Of a stretch of DNA of 18,934 nt, positions 1 to 8,758 are shown in pieces. Each line of letters begins with the position of its first letter. Positions within the stretch are counted from its first letter, which is position 1. Where the stretch lies: the NCBI GenBank assembly GCA_049599895.1, contig JBMYPC010000057.1, positions 1 through 18,934 on the forward strand, written 5' to 3'. This DNA comes from Bacteriovoracaceae bacterium (lineage in GTDB: Bacteria > Bdellovibrionota > Bacteriovoracia > Bacteriovoracales > Bacteriovoracaceae). The position numbers and the translations under genes were made by a program. Under the pieces are notes generated by a model that saw only the letters and a program-made list of their open reading frames with translations, did not search any database and had not been told where the DNA came from.

Positions 1-518
1 TCTTTTAACTCAGACCTTTCCTCATCAACGCCTTTGGCAAAGAGAATAACGTTTGGGATATCTGTAAAAAATGTTTCAGGTCGAATATCGGAAAACATTC
101 CCTTTGAAGTAAGCTTAATCACAGTATTTTTAAAAATTGTTTTTGAGCGAGGAATGATATTTCGATTGAGCCCATAAACAGAGAAAGCGATTAAAACACC
201 AATCAAAAGAAAGGGCCTAAAAAGTTGAAACTTATTAAGACCCACTGAGCGCATCACTACAATCTCTGAGTCATCACTCATTCTATTCATGGTGTAGATG
301 GTTGCAAAAAAGCACGCTAGGGGTATCGCCAGTGGCACAAAAGTAATTGCGATATGCGAAACAAGAATCAGAATTTTTTCAATCTCAATTCCCTTTTGCA
401 CAACAATTTTTGTAATTCGAAACAATTGAAAGATAAGAAGAAAACAGACGAAAAACAGGCAACTCACCATGAAAGGCGGTATAAAGTTACCAAGAAGATA
501 TTTCGACGTTACGCGCAT
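1..518 (-). CDS. lptF: LPS export ABC transporter permease LptF (LptF/LptG family), 5' part; runs off the window edge
   Basis: Not in the ORF track; translated by hand from ATG at 518: MRVTSKYLLGNFIPPFMVSCLFFVCFLLIFQLFRITKIVVQKGIEIEKILILVSHIAITFVPLAIPLACFFATIYTMNRMSDDSEIVVMRSVGL. This has the LptF/G signature (PLAIPLA...R.S.DSE..VMRS.G). A GAGGT SD lies upstream. Divergence from pepA favours lptF over lptG. Confidence 0.88.
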   Translation of the reverse strand, partial: MRVTSKYLLGNFIPPFMVSCLFFVCFLLIFQLFRITKIVVQKGIEIEKILILVSHIAITFVPLAIPLACFFATIYTMNRMSDDSEIVVMRSVGLNKFQLFRPFLLIGVLIAFSVYGLNRNIIPRSKTIFKNTVIKLTSKGMFSDIRPETFFTDIPNVILFAKGVDEERSELK

Positions 519-714
519 ATAGGTTTTACCTCACCCAAAAGGTTGGTCTAGGCTTTATTCTATCTTAAACTGGCAAATATCGCTCAAAAAAGCTCAATTC
601 TGCACCTGCTTTTTAGACAAGCTTTTCCCTCTCATGATAGCGTAGCGCAAGATAATTCATAAGTTTCACCAAACTTAAATTTATAGAAAAATCATTGTTT
701 TCAAGGAGAAAGAT

Positions 715-2223
715 ATGGACTCATCGCTTCATTTAAGCGCAGCAGATTATTCGGCTGCAGATGTTAACTACTTCCCAGCATTTAATAAGAAAGTAAAAGA
801 AGAGAACTCGGTTGTTCTCACAGGTGTTCCAAAGGAACTTACTGCTCACGTAAAAACTCTTAAGGCCTTTTCAAATTTTAAAGCCTCAAAGTCTGAAGTT
901 TTTGAATTTGATGGACCAAGTGGAGAGCGTTTTGGTTTTGTTGGTTGTGGAGAAAAATCGAAGTTTAAAGACGAAGACTTTAGAAAAGTTTTTGCAACAC
1001 TTATTAAATCAAATCTTAAAAAATCAAAATCAATTTCTTTAGGAATTGATTCACTTGCCACAAAAGCAAGTGCTGAGAAATTTCTCAAGAATGCAACTGA
1101 AATCATTTCAATGGCAAGCTACGAATTTACTGAATTTAAAACAGAGAAATCTAAGCCAGTCCTTACGGACGTTTCTTTTTTCTCAAAAGAAAAAGCAACT
1201 GTTCGCAAGAAGTGGGAAGCCGCAATGGAGAGAGGTTTCTCGGTTGGTGAGAGTGTCAATATTTGTCGTGATCTCGTTAACACACCTCCAAACGTTTTAA
1301 ACTCTGTGACCTATGCAAAAAGAGTTGAACAAGACGTTAAGAAAAACCTTAAAGGTGTTAAAGTTAATATCTTAGGAAAAGCAGAAATTAAAAAAGAGAA
1401 AATGGGATGTTTTCTCTCTGTAAACGCTGGATCTGCCTACGATCCAAAACTTGTTCACTTAACTTACACTCCTAAGAAAGTTACAAAGAACACAAAGCAC
1501 GTTGCTCTTGTTGGAAAGGGTCTTACTTTTGATACTGGTGGTTACTCACTTAAGCCATCGACTGCTATGGTCAATATGAAATTTGATATGGCGGGATCAT
1601 CAACAGTTTACGCTGCTTTTAGAGCCGCAGTTCTTCTCGGAGCAAACGTTAAGATCTCTTGTTACCTAGGCCTCACAGACAACGCTGTTTCTTCGGAAGC
1701 AACAATGCCAGACTCAATTGTGACTGCAAGAAATGGAAAAACTGTTGAGATTCTCAACACTGATGCTGAAGGTCGTTTAGTTCTTGCTGACGTTCTAAGC
1801 TATGCAAGTGATCATAAACCTGATTACATGATCAACGCAGCAACTCTTACAGGAGCTTGTTTAGTGGCCCTCGGACACGAAGTTTGTGGGATCATGGGAA
1901 ATAATCAAAAGTTTATCGATACTCTTTTAAAGACTGCAGGAAACTCTGACGAAAGAATGTGGCAACTTCCTATCTTTGATGAATTTAGAGAAGATATGAA
2001 GTCTCCTATTGCCGATCTTAAAAACATGGGTGGATCTCGTTTCGCTGGAACAGCCAAAGCAGCAGCCTTTTTAGAAAACTTTGTTGGAGAAGGAATTGCT
2101 TGGTCTCACCTTGATATCGCTGGTATTGGTGACGGACAAGGACACCTTTCATACTGTCCTAAAAAAGGGGGATCGGGACTGGTTGTAAGAACTCTTACAA
2201 ACTTCCTTACCAACTTAAAATAA
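715..2223 (+). CDS. pepA: Leucyl aminopeptidase (M17 family)
   Basis: Metal-binding motifs VGKGLTFDTGG, MKFDMAG, NTDAEGRLVLAD, ATLTGAC, HLDIAG; AAGGAG SD upstream of ATG 715. Confidence 0.96.
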   Translation: MDSSLHLSAADYSAADVNYFPAFNKKVKEENSVVLTGVPKELTAHVKTLKAFSNFKASKSEVFEFDGPSGERFGFVGCGEKSKFKDEDFRKVFATLIKSNLKKSKSISLGIDSLATKASAEKFLKNATEIISMASYEFTEFKTEKSKPVLTDVSFFSKEKATVRKKWEAAMERGFSVGESVNICRDLVNTPPNVLNSVTYAKRVEQDVKKNLKGVKVNILGKAEIKKEKMGCFLSVNAGSAYDPKLVHLTYTPKKVTKNTKHVALVGKGLTFDTGGYSLKPSTAMVNMKFDMAGSSTVYAAFRAAVLLGANVKISCYLGLTDNAVSSEATMPDSIVTARNGKTVEILNTDAEGRLVLADVLSYASDHKPDYMINAATLTGACLVALGHEVCGIMGNNQKFIDTLLKTAGNSDERMWQLPIFDEFREDMKSPIADLKNMGGSRFAGTAKAAAFLENFVGEGIAWSHLDIAGIGDGQGHLSYCPKKGGSGLVVRTLTNFLTNLK

Positions 2224-2703
2224 TTGGCAAAAAACCAAGAAACACTTTTTAATATTGTTTTAGTTTCGCCCGAGATTCCAGGAAACACCGGGAGTATCGG
2301 GCGAACTTGTTTGGCCTTAAATTCAAGGCTCATTCTCATTCATCCCCTAGGTTTTGATATCGATGAAAAAGCCGTGAGACGCGCGGGCCTTGATTATTGG
2401 AAAGAGCTTAGTCCTACGGAATATCAGTCGATTGATGAGTTCTTTGAGAAAGAGAATCCTGAACGATTTTTTCTTTTCACCAAAAAAACTTCAAAAAGCC
2501 TATTTAGTGAAAATCTAAAAATGGGAGATTTTCTTATATTTGGCCCCGAATCCAAAGGACTCTCCGAAGAGATTATTCTTAAATTTAAAGAAAACACTCT
2601 TAAGCTTCCTGTTCTTAATGAATCAATCCGCTCTCTAAATCTTGCAAGTTGCGTAACTGCCGTTTTATACCAAGGCTATAACAATATAATTTCAAATAGT
2701 TAG
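2224..2703 (+). CDS. trmL: tRNA (cytidine/uridine(34)-2'-O)-methyltransferase TrmL (SPOUT)
   Basis: PEIPGNTGSIGRTC, RRAGLDYW, FGPESKGL, RSLNLA motifs; TTG start directly after the pepA stop. Confidence 0.93.
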   Translation: MAKNQETLFNIVLVSPEIPGNTGSIGRTCLALNSRLILIHPLGFDIDEKAVRRAGLDYWKELSPTEYQSIDEFFEKENPERFFLFTKKTSKSLFSENLKMGDFLIFGPESKGLSEEIILKFKENTLKLPVLNESIRSLNLASCVTAVLYQGYNNIISNS

Positions 2704-2791
2704 AGTTCTGTACTTATCACTGTATTGATAAAATTTTAGTCACTTCTTAAACTTTCGTTGCCTTTATCGCGCGGCGCGGCTAACAAGAATT

Positions 2792-4354
2792 ATGAAAACT
2801 TATCTTCTCCTTTCAACCTTACTCTATGTTTCACCCACTTACTCTCAAACCGAGACCATTAAATATCTAAAGAAATTCAAGCTCTCAAAACTTTGGGCCC
2901 AAAAACTTGTTGGAGCTGACCTGGTTCTTGAGGAAATTAAAAAGAGGCAAGAGCTCCCTAAGATTAATGTAGGTGTTATTGATGGAGGTTTTTATTTTGA
3001 TTCCATTCCAACAGATGATATTGCTCTTGAAAAAGAATTTAATGAAAGATCAAACCGCTATTATTTTCGCCATCACGGAACAGCAGTTTCCAATATCATT
3101 TCAAAGTATGAAGAAAACCCATACGGTGTCTCACCCAATGCGCGCTTTACGACTCTCTACACTCTAACCACTAATGATAATAACGCTAACGTTGTTGATA
3201 GCATTATCAATCTTCCTGAAGAGAAAAGACCCAAGGTCATTAACTACTCCATGTCCACCAATGAAGTCGGCTACGATGCCGTGGGAAGATTTGGCGATCA
3301 CGGAGTTATCTTTGTTGCGAGTGCGGGAAATAAATTTCCTCTTCTTCCTGTTGTTAAGGACCTAGCAAGACAAAAAAATATTCTTCGGGTTGGTAGTACC
3401 AATGCTTTTGGTCTTCCTAGTTTTTTTAGTAGTGAAGGTGACTCCGTTGATATTACAGCTCCAAGTAATAGAGAAATTCAAAGCCTGGTTCAAGGTGAAT
3501 CAGTTTATTTTGGTGGAACTAGTGGAGCGGCTCCTGTCATCACAGGCTCAATTACAACTCTTCTTGGCGTTCTTCCTGGTCTTGAACTTAAAGACATTAA
3601 AAAGCTTTTAACAGACTCAGCTCTTGAACTTTTAAGATCAGCGACTTCTCAATTTAAAAACCCACCAGCTCTTAACTATTACAGAGCTTATCGGACGGCC
3701 TTAAATATAAAAGCAAAATGTCTTTTGAAAGAATTGTCCTGTTTTCAAAGAGAAATTCAAAACAATTCGAACTATCAATTTCCTTTAGATACTTCTTGGG
3801 AGCAAATTGAAGATGAAACAGAAAAGGAAATCGCCGCAAGAAAAGAATTCCTTCTCACTCAAAATAAAAAGGCTGCACAGTTTTTAGAAGAGCTCTATAG
3901 AAAAAAAGATCTTATTCCAGAGAGTCTCTATTACAAAACCCTAAGACAACTTCCAGATAATGAAGCTCAGGTTCGTATAGACCTCGAAAAATTCTACCTT
4001 GATAACAAAGAGACTATTGTAAAAGGTAGAAAGAAAGAATTTAACTACGTCATCTCCCACATCTCAAAAAACTTTCGTGAATACTATAAAAAGCAATTTA
4101 AAGTCGGAGCAATGGATGACAAAACCCAATCCCTCTATATGCTCTCTCGCTATCGAGACCAAGACACCCAAGACTACTTCTGGTCACTCTTTCTTTCTGA
4201 TGACCTCTATCCCGCTGATAAGCAGTCCATTCTTGAAGGAGTTGCGCAAAACAGTCCCGCTCTTTTTATGAAATACTATGATAAGGCCATGGAGATTGGA
4301 AACTCAGGGACTCGTTATGTTGCTGATAAACTTAAACGAGAGTTTGAATACTAG
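2792..4354 (+). CDS. Secreted subtilisin-like S8 serine peptidase with a C-terminal helical domain
   Basis: Signal-peptide-like N-terminus; catalytic Asp (VGVIDGG), His (HHGTAVSNII), oxyanion Asn (ASAGN) and Ser (GGTSGAAP). Confidence 0.9.
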   Translation: MKTYLLLSTLLYVSPTYSQTETIKYLKKFKLSKLWAQKLVGADLVLEEIKKRQELPKINVGVIDGGFYFDSIPTDDIALEKEFNERSNRYYFRHHGTAVSNIISKYEENPYGVSPNARFTTLYTLTTNDNNANVVDSIINLPEEKRPKVINYSMSTNEVGYDAVGRFGDHGVIFVASAGNKFPLLPVVKDLARQKNILRVGSTNAFGLPSFFSSEGDSVDITAPSNREIQSLVQGESVYFGGTSGAAPVITGSITTLLGVLPGLELKDIKKLLTDSALELLRSATSQFKNPPALNYYRAYRTALNIKAKCLLKELSCFQREIQNNSNYQFPLDTSWEQIEDETEKEIAARKEFLLTQNKKAAQFLEELYRKKDLIPESLYYKTLRQLPDNEAQVRIDLEKFYLDNKETIVKGRKKEFNYVISHISKNFREYYKKQFKVGAMDDKTQSLYMLSRYRDQDTQDYFWSLFLSDDLYPADKQSILEGVAQNSPALFMKYYDKAMEIGNSGTRYVADKLKREFEY

Positions 4355-4358
4355 ACAC

Positions 4359-4383
4359 AAAAAAAGGGAGTCCGAAGACTCCC
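4359..4383 (-). terminator. Rho-independent terminator of the OMP gene
   Basis: Minus strand GGGAGTC-TTCG-GACTCCC followed by T7 (C-UUCG-G tetraloop), 30 nt after the OMP stop. Confidence 0.92.
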
Positions 4384-4413
4384 CCTCAATATAATCTATT
4401 TACGAAGGTTAGA

Positions 4414-5658
4414 TTAGAACCAGTAGTGAACAGAAACCTTACTCATTAGGTTGTCTGTTGTAAGATCAGACTCACTTGTGTTGGCATCAGAACCAAGAGT
4501 GTTTGAGATGATCCCGTCAACTTTGAGCTTTCCAAAGTTAAGAGTTGCACCAGCTGCCATAGTCGTAGAAGCGCTTCCCTTGTCTTCGTCATTTGTGTCA
4601 GCTGCATTTTCTGTTGATGCATCAGAGAATTCATCAGTTGAGATGATGAAATCTTGAGTTACAGAACCTCTAAGAGTTAACCAAGAGTTTGCATCTGCTT
4701 CGAAACCAATCATTAGTGGTAATGAGCTTGCCTTGATTTCCTGGGCCTTAAGCTCTCCTGAAGAATCAAAGTTAGACTCGTAAGATATTGAAGAGTAAGC
4801 AATTGAGCTGTAAACTCTAGCAGTTGAAGAAACTTCGTGAGTATGACCAACAGCTACAGTAATAGCTGATTTTTCATAGTTCTCAGTCGATACAGTTGTA
4901 TCACTTTGATCTTTAAGGTCTGCACCCTCTTTGTCGTAGTCAACAGCGATTGCGATATCTCCAAGAGCGTAGCTAACACCAAGGTTAATACCAGTATCAG
5001 CTTCCATTGTATCTGACTTAGAGTCAGTATCAACGTTGTCTGTACCAGTGTATTCGTTTTTGAAATCGATGTTTGCGTAAGCTTGAAGATCACCCATAAC
5101 CATACCAAGACCTAGTCCTAGTGCTGAGTGCTCTTGATTGTATTTCTCGTTGTTTGCGTTAGTCGCAGCGGCTCTTGTGATTCCGTTTTCAGACTTTGCA
5201 TAATGAATACGAGCACCCCATTGAACACCCATATCTCCACCAAAGAATAGATCGATTCCATTCTCAGCTTCTTTAAATCCTTCAACATCATGTCCAGTAA
5301 AAGTGTAACCTGCTGAACCGATTGTTACGTTGTCGATACCTGTTTGAGCAATAGTGTCTTGCTCAGAGTTTTCACGGTTAAAGTAAACACCGTAAGAAAA
5401 CGAACCAGACTCTCTAAAGTATCCACCTTCTAGTTTTTCTTCGTTACCACCGGCTTGATCTTCTGTCCCCCACTCAGTAACAACGTAGTTCTTGTACATG
5501 TTAACATGTGCAGCGTTTCTGAACTTGTTGTAAGAGTCAGCGATCCATAAAGAACCATCAGTAGTGTCTTGCCCTAGCGCCTCAAGACGAGCTTTAGTCG
5601 CATAAGCACTTGTAGATAAAACCGCTAAACCTGTAGCAATTAAAATCTGTTTTTTCAT
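4414..5658 (-). CDS. Major outer-membrane porin-like protein, PopA/Bd0427 family of Bdellovibrionota
   Basis: Sec signal ending SAYA; mature start TKARLEALG and later EWG...EGG.F...FGVYF segments resemble my recollection of the Bdellovibrio major OMP; amphipathic beta strands; C-terminal beta-signal VSVHYWF; AAGGAG SD; own promoter and terminator. Confidence 0.8.
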   Translation of the reverse strand: MKKQILIATGLAVLSTSAYATKARLEALGQDTTDGSLWIADSYNKFRNAAHVNMYKNYVVTEWGTEDQAGGNEEKLEGGYFRESGSFSYGVYFNRENSEQDTIAQTGIDNVTIGSAGYTFTGHDVEGFKEAENGIDLFFGGDMGVQWGARIHYAKSENGITRAAATNANNEKYNQEHSALGLGLGMVMGDLQAYANIDFKNEYTGTDNVDTDSKSDTMEADTGINLGVSYALGDIAIAVDYDKEGADLKDQSDTTVSTENYEKSAITVAVGHTHEVSSTARVYSSIAYSSISYESNFDSSGELKAQEIKASSLPLMIGFEADANSWLTLRGSVTQDFIISTDEFSDASTENAADTNDEDKGSASTTMAAGATLNFGKLKVDGIISNTLGSDANTSESDLTTDNLMSKVSVHYWF

Positions 5659-5758
5659 CCAACCTTCTCCTTGATAAGTTCCAACATTTTCGCTTTTAAC
5701 TTTAAAGAACGAAAAGCCGGGTTTTGTATCATTACAATAAAAAAACTTGTACCTGTTA

Positions 5759-5788
5759 ATTGTCTTTTGCGTCTCTAGTTTTTGTCAA
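5759..5788 (-). promoter_or_regulatory. Putative sigma70 promoter of the OMP gene
   Basis: Minus strand TTGACA (5788-5783), 18-nt spacer, GACAAT (5764-5759), about 100 nt upstream of the ATG. Confidence 0.6.
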
Positions 5789-5816
5789 CACCCAAAAGCA
5801 TAGATAAATGTATGAA

Positions 5817-6989
5817 TTACATGAGTTTTTGCGATGCCAAGCGGGTGTGGATAAGAGCACGTGTTGTGTACCCCGACACAAAAAAGGAATCTTCGAAGCT
5901 CTCTTTTCTTTCAGAGTTTTCGTCAAAAGGACTACTATGACTAATAAATTGAACGTTCTCTAAAGGTTTCTCTAATGACTTGTATTCTTTGTCGTCTATT
6001 TTTTGACAGCATGAAGTTTCAGAAACTCGAACAAAATTTTCTTCGAAAAAATTTTTATTCACATTAAATATTTTTTCTAAAAGCCGCCTGAGAAGGCGTA
6101 TTTTTTTAGCAACATCCTCTTCATTGTTCTCTTTTTCATCAAAAAAGTGCACCAAACGGAGCGTGGTCTTGTTATCAACTTCAAAAATATCCCCTATGAA
6201 ATGCCCCCATTCATGAGTCTGACTAAGAGGAAGGAACCAGGTTTTATCCATAGGAAGATCTTTAATCACTTCACTATCTTTTACACCCGATAAATCGTAT
6301 TCAACACACACTTGGGCTGGAGTTTTTAAGCTTTGAAAATATTCAATTAAGCCTCTATCAATTTTTGATTTATCTTTTACAAGTTCTAAAAGCTCATGAG
6401 GCATTAATCCCCAGACAAGAGTCTTTGTTTTAATCTCTAAGCCATCAAAGAGCTCTACAGTGTAATTTACAGGTTCAACCAAATCTGTTGGCTCTTCAAT
6501 TGTGATGGATTTGATGCCACTTTGATGAGTGTCAGAAAGAACTGTTTGAAACTCTTCTTCTGTCATGGAAAGAAGTTGGTTCTCATCATAGATGAGACCT
6601 TCGTTTACATAATAGCTTTCTGAATAAATAAGCTCTCCTGGCTTTGAGCGGCCACCAAACTCATGAAACTTTCCTTCTTTAAAGAAGACGGCACTCGTTG
6701 TTCTGCACTGATCATCGTTAAGCTCGTTAAGCTTCTTGAAGATTTCGATATTTTCATTTCGAATCGTGCTTGGCCCATACCAGCTTAAGTCTTTAAGGTT
6801 TTTAACAGTGCTGGGAAAAAGAAGAGTCTTTTTAAGCTCTGGCTTGTCTTTATCTTTATCTTTGGTCACTTGCTGATAAAGAGAGAGGGCATGCAGATCT
6901 TTACCCACAATAAGAAAAGGAACATAAAATGATTTATGCTCTTCAGTTTTTGCTTTCTTCTTAAGTTTTAAAATTTCGTCAAACGACAT
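5817..6989 (-). CDS. Hypothetical protein; probable degenerate FAD-dependent oxidoreductase (amine oxidase/HemY-like) fold
   Basis: 390-aa ORF with GGAG SD. FLIVGKDLHALSLY occupies the position of a Rossmann GxGxxG motif; YTVELFDGLEIKTKTLVWGLMPHELLELV matches the 'G..i.ad.Vv.a.P..l..ll' pattern. The fold call is inference. Confidence 0.75.
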   Translation of the reverse strand: MSFDEILKLKKKAKTEEHKSFYVPFLIVGKDLHALSLYQQVTKDKDKDKPELKKTLLFPSTVKNLKDLSWYGPSTIRNENIEIFKKLNELNDDQCRTTSAVFFKEGKFHEFGGRSKPGELIYSESYYVNEGLIYDENQLLSMTEEEFQTVLSDTHQSGIKSITIEEPTDLVEPVNYTVELFDGLEIKTKTLVWGLMPHELLELVKDKSKIDRGLIEYFQSLKTPAQVCVEYDLSGVKDSEVIKDLPMDKTWFLPLSQTHEWGHFIGDIFEVDNKTTLRLVHFFDEKENNEEDVAKKIRLLRRLLEKIFNVNKNFFEENFVRVSETSCCQKIDDKEYKSLEKPLENVQFISHSSPFDENSERKESFEDSFFVSGYTTRALIHTRLASQKLM

Positions 6990-6994
6990 AGATC

Positions 6995-7032
6995 GATTCT
7001 CCAGGATGCTTTTTGAAAACTTCTGGAGAATC
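6995..7032. promoter_or_regulatory. Stem-loop overlapping the SD of the 390-aa gene; T-tailed on the + strand
   Basis: Perfect 10-bp stem GATTCTCCAG / CTGGAGAATC; TTTTT follows on the + strand. Confidence 0.65.
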
Positions 7033-7047
7033 TTTTTAGGTCGAGAT

Positions 7048-8652
7048 TTATCGGACTACTAGCTTGTCTCCAGCGCGAATTCGGCGTCTAGAGATAATAT
7101 CCAGATTTGAAACGATTAGTGTATTGATATTTACATTAAATTTTCGAGAAACTGTCCAAAGAGAATCCCCTTTTCTCACTGTGTAAAACTTGCTGGGACT
7201 CGTGATCTTGCGACCTTTTCTTTTCGCCTTGCGAATAACGCTAAGATATTGACGGCGACGTCTCACACTCTTTCTTGGCCTTTCGTAAAGATCTGAGTAC
7301 ATCTTGTCTTTCTTACTCTGACCCTGTCTAAACGGTAGAGCAACGTAAGTTCCTCGTTTTACACGACGGCTAGCTGGAATTCGATTGATATGCTCAAGTA
7401 CTCTCGAGTCTTTGATTCGAAACTTTTTAGCAACGTCCTTTAAGCTTGTTCGCTTGCCTTGAATTCTATACTTTTGGAACCTCTCTGCGACAAAACGGGT
7501 TTGGTCTTGCTCACAACAAGCCGCAAAAGTTTTTTTAAGCCCTACAGGGACTCTCAGAATATAATTCTCATCATTAAGTGGTGTGAACCATCTTAGGACT
7601 TCTGGGTTGTACTTTCTAAGTTCTGAATACTTAAGATTCATCTCATCGGCTAAAGCAATCAGATCAACTCCACCTCGAATTTTAATTTCTTCAAAATCAA
7701 GTGGCTTATGAAAGTCGATATTTTCAAAGCCGAAGCTTTTTAAGTTCTTCCCGATAATGGCAAGGGCCATAATTTTTGGCACGTAATTTTTTGTTTCTCT
7801 TTTTAGGTAGCGACCTTTTCTAATTTCCCAGAAATTGTTTGTCTTATAACGTCTAATCGCTCTTTTAATTTTTCCCTCGCCAGCATTGTACCCAGCGGCA
7901 GCAAGCTCCCAGTTACCAAACAGACCATAGAGAGTCTTTAAGTATCTGGCGGCTGCAATAGTGGCTTTAATAGGATCTCTTCTTTCGTCTCGATACCAGT
8001 CAATTTTTAAACCGAAGTTTTTCCCAGTGAATGGCATAAACTGCCAAGGACCCACGGCCTTTGCCCAAGACTTAGCATTATTTTGAAAACCAGATTCGGC
8101 CATCGCGAGAAAAATAAGATCCCGAGGGAGTCCATGGCTTTCTAAAACTTTTCCCATCATCGGTCCATAACGACCAGCCCGAGCTGAATATCTTTGGAAA
8201 AAACCACGACCACGATTGAGAAAATACTTAATCCATTTTTTTACTGCGGCATTGTAAACAACTGGGAAATCAAAATAACGTGTTTCAAGATTTAAATGTT
8301 CAGCACCATAAAGAAAATAGACTTTCCCTTTATAGTCCGCGTGGTTTTCAATTTTTGAACTTCCGATAAGGGCCGTAATTTCTTTTGGATCAACCGGCGT
8401 TTGATCCTGGGCCATAAATTCGATGGCCTCTTTAGTAACCGCGACGCTATCAAGCTCTTCATCAGTAGGCTCTGGTAAACGATCACTTTGATCTTCACCT
8501 TCAGAAAAATCTTCTGCTGCTAATGAGGGAGCTGATTCATTGTCTTGTCCTGATTTTGTGAAACTTCCAAGGCAAGAAACAAGTGTTAAAAGGGATAAAA
8601 AAAATAATGTTTTATGTAATACACGCTGCATCATAGTCCTTGATGATATCAT
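7048..8652 (-). CDS. mltD: Membrane-bound lytic murein transglycosylase D-like lipoprotein (SLT + LysM)
   Basis: Lipobox LVSC; SLT motifs AMAESG (catalytic Glu), AVGPWQF, AGYNAGEG, ETKNYVPK; C-terminal LysM YTVRKGDSLWTVSRKF. The start could be ATG 8652, 8634 or 8631. Confidence 0.88.
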   Translation of the reverse strand: MISSRTMMQRVLHKTLFFLSLLTLVSCLGSFTKSGQDNESAPSLAAEDFSEGEDQSDRLPEPTDEELDSVAVTKEAIEFMAQDQTPVDPKEITALIGSSKIENHADYKGKVYFLYGAEHLNLETRYFDFPVVYNAAVKKWIKYFLNRGRGFFQRYSARAGRYGPMMGKVLESHGLPRDLIFLAMAESGFQNNAKSWAKAVGPWQFMPFTGKNFGLKIDWYRDERRDPIKATIAAARYLKTLYGLFGNWELAAAGYNAGEGKIKRAIRRYKTNNFWEIRKGRYLKRETKNYVPKIMALAIIGKNLKSFGFENIDFHKPLDFEEIKIRGGVDLIALADEMNLKYSELRKYNPEVLRWFTPLNDENYILRVPVGLKKTFAACCEQDQTRFVAERFQKYRIQGKRTSLKDVAKKFRIKDSRVLEHINRIPASRRVKRGTYVALPFRQGQSKKDKMYSDLYERPRKSVRRRRQYLSVIRKAKRKGRKITSPSKFYTVRKGDSLWTVSRKFNVNINTLIVSNLDIISRRRIRAGDKLVVR

Positions 8653-8758
8653 TTTGGGCCACTCATTTCCTAGAGGGCATCAAGATTTAGACACTTCTAG
8701 AAATGTCATTTAAAGGCTAAATGATTTCAGTTGGTTAATCTCACTGTCAAGGAGATCT

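Noticed and set aside
354..551. 65-aa + strand ORF
   Set aside because: Antisense shadow of lptF, which has clear family motifs.
2765..2781. GC patch TCGCGCGGCGCGGC upstream of the S8 gene
   Set aside because: No pairing partner or repeat; it might be a promoter discriminator but this is unsupported.
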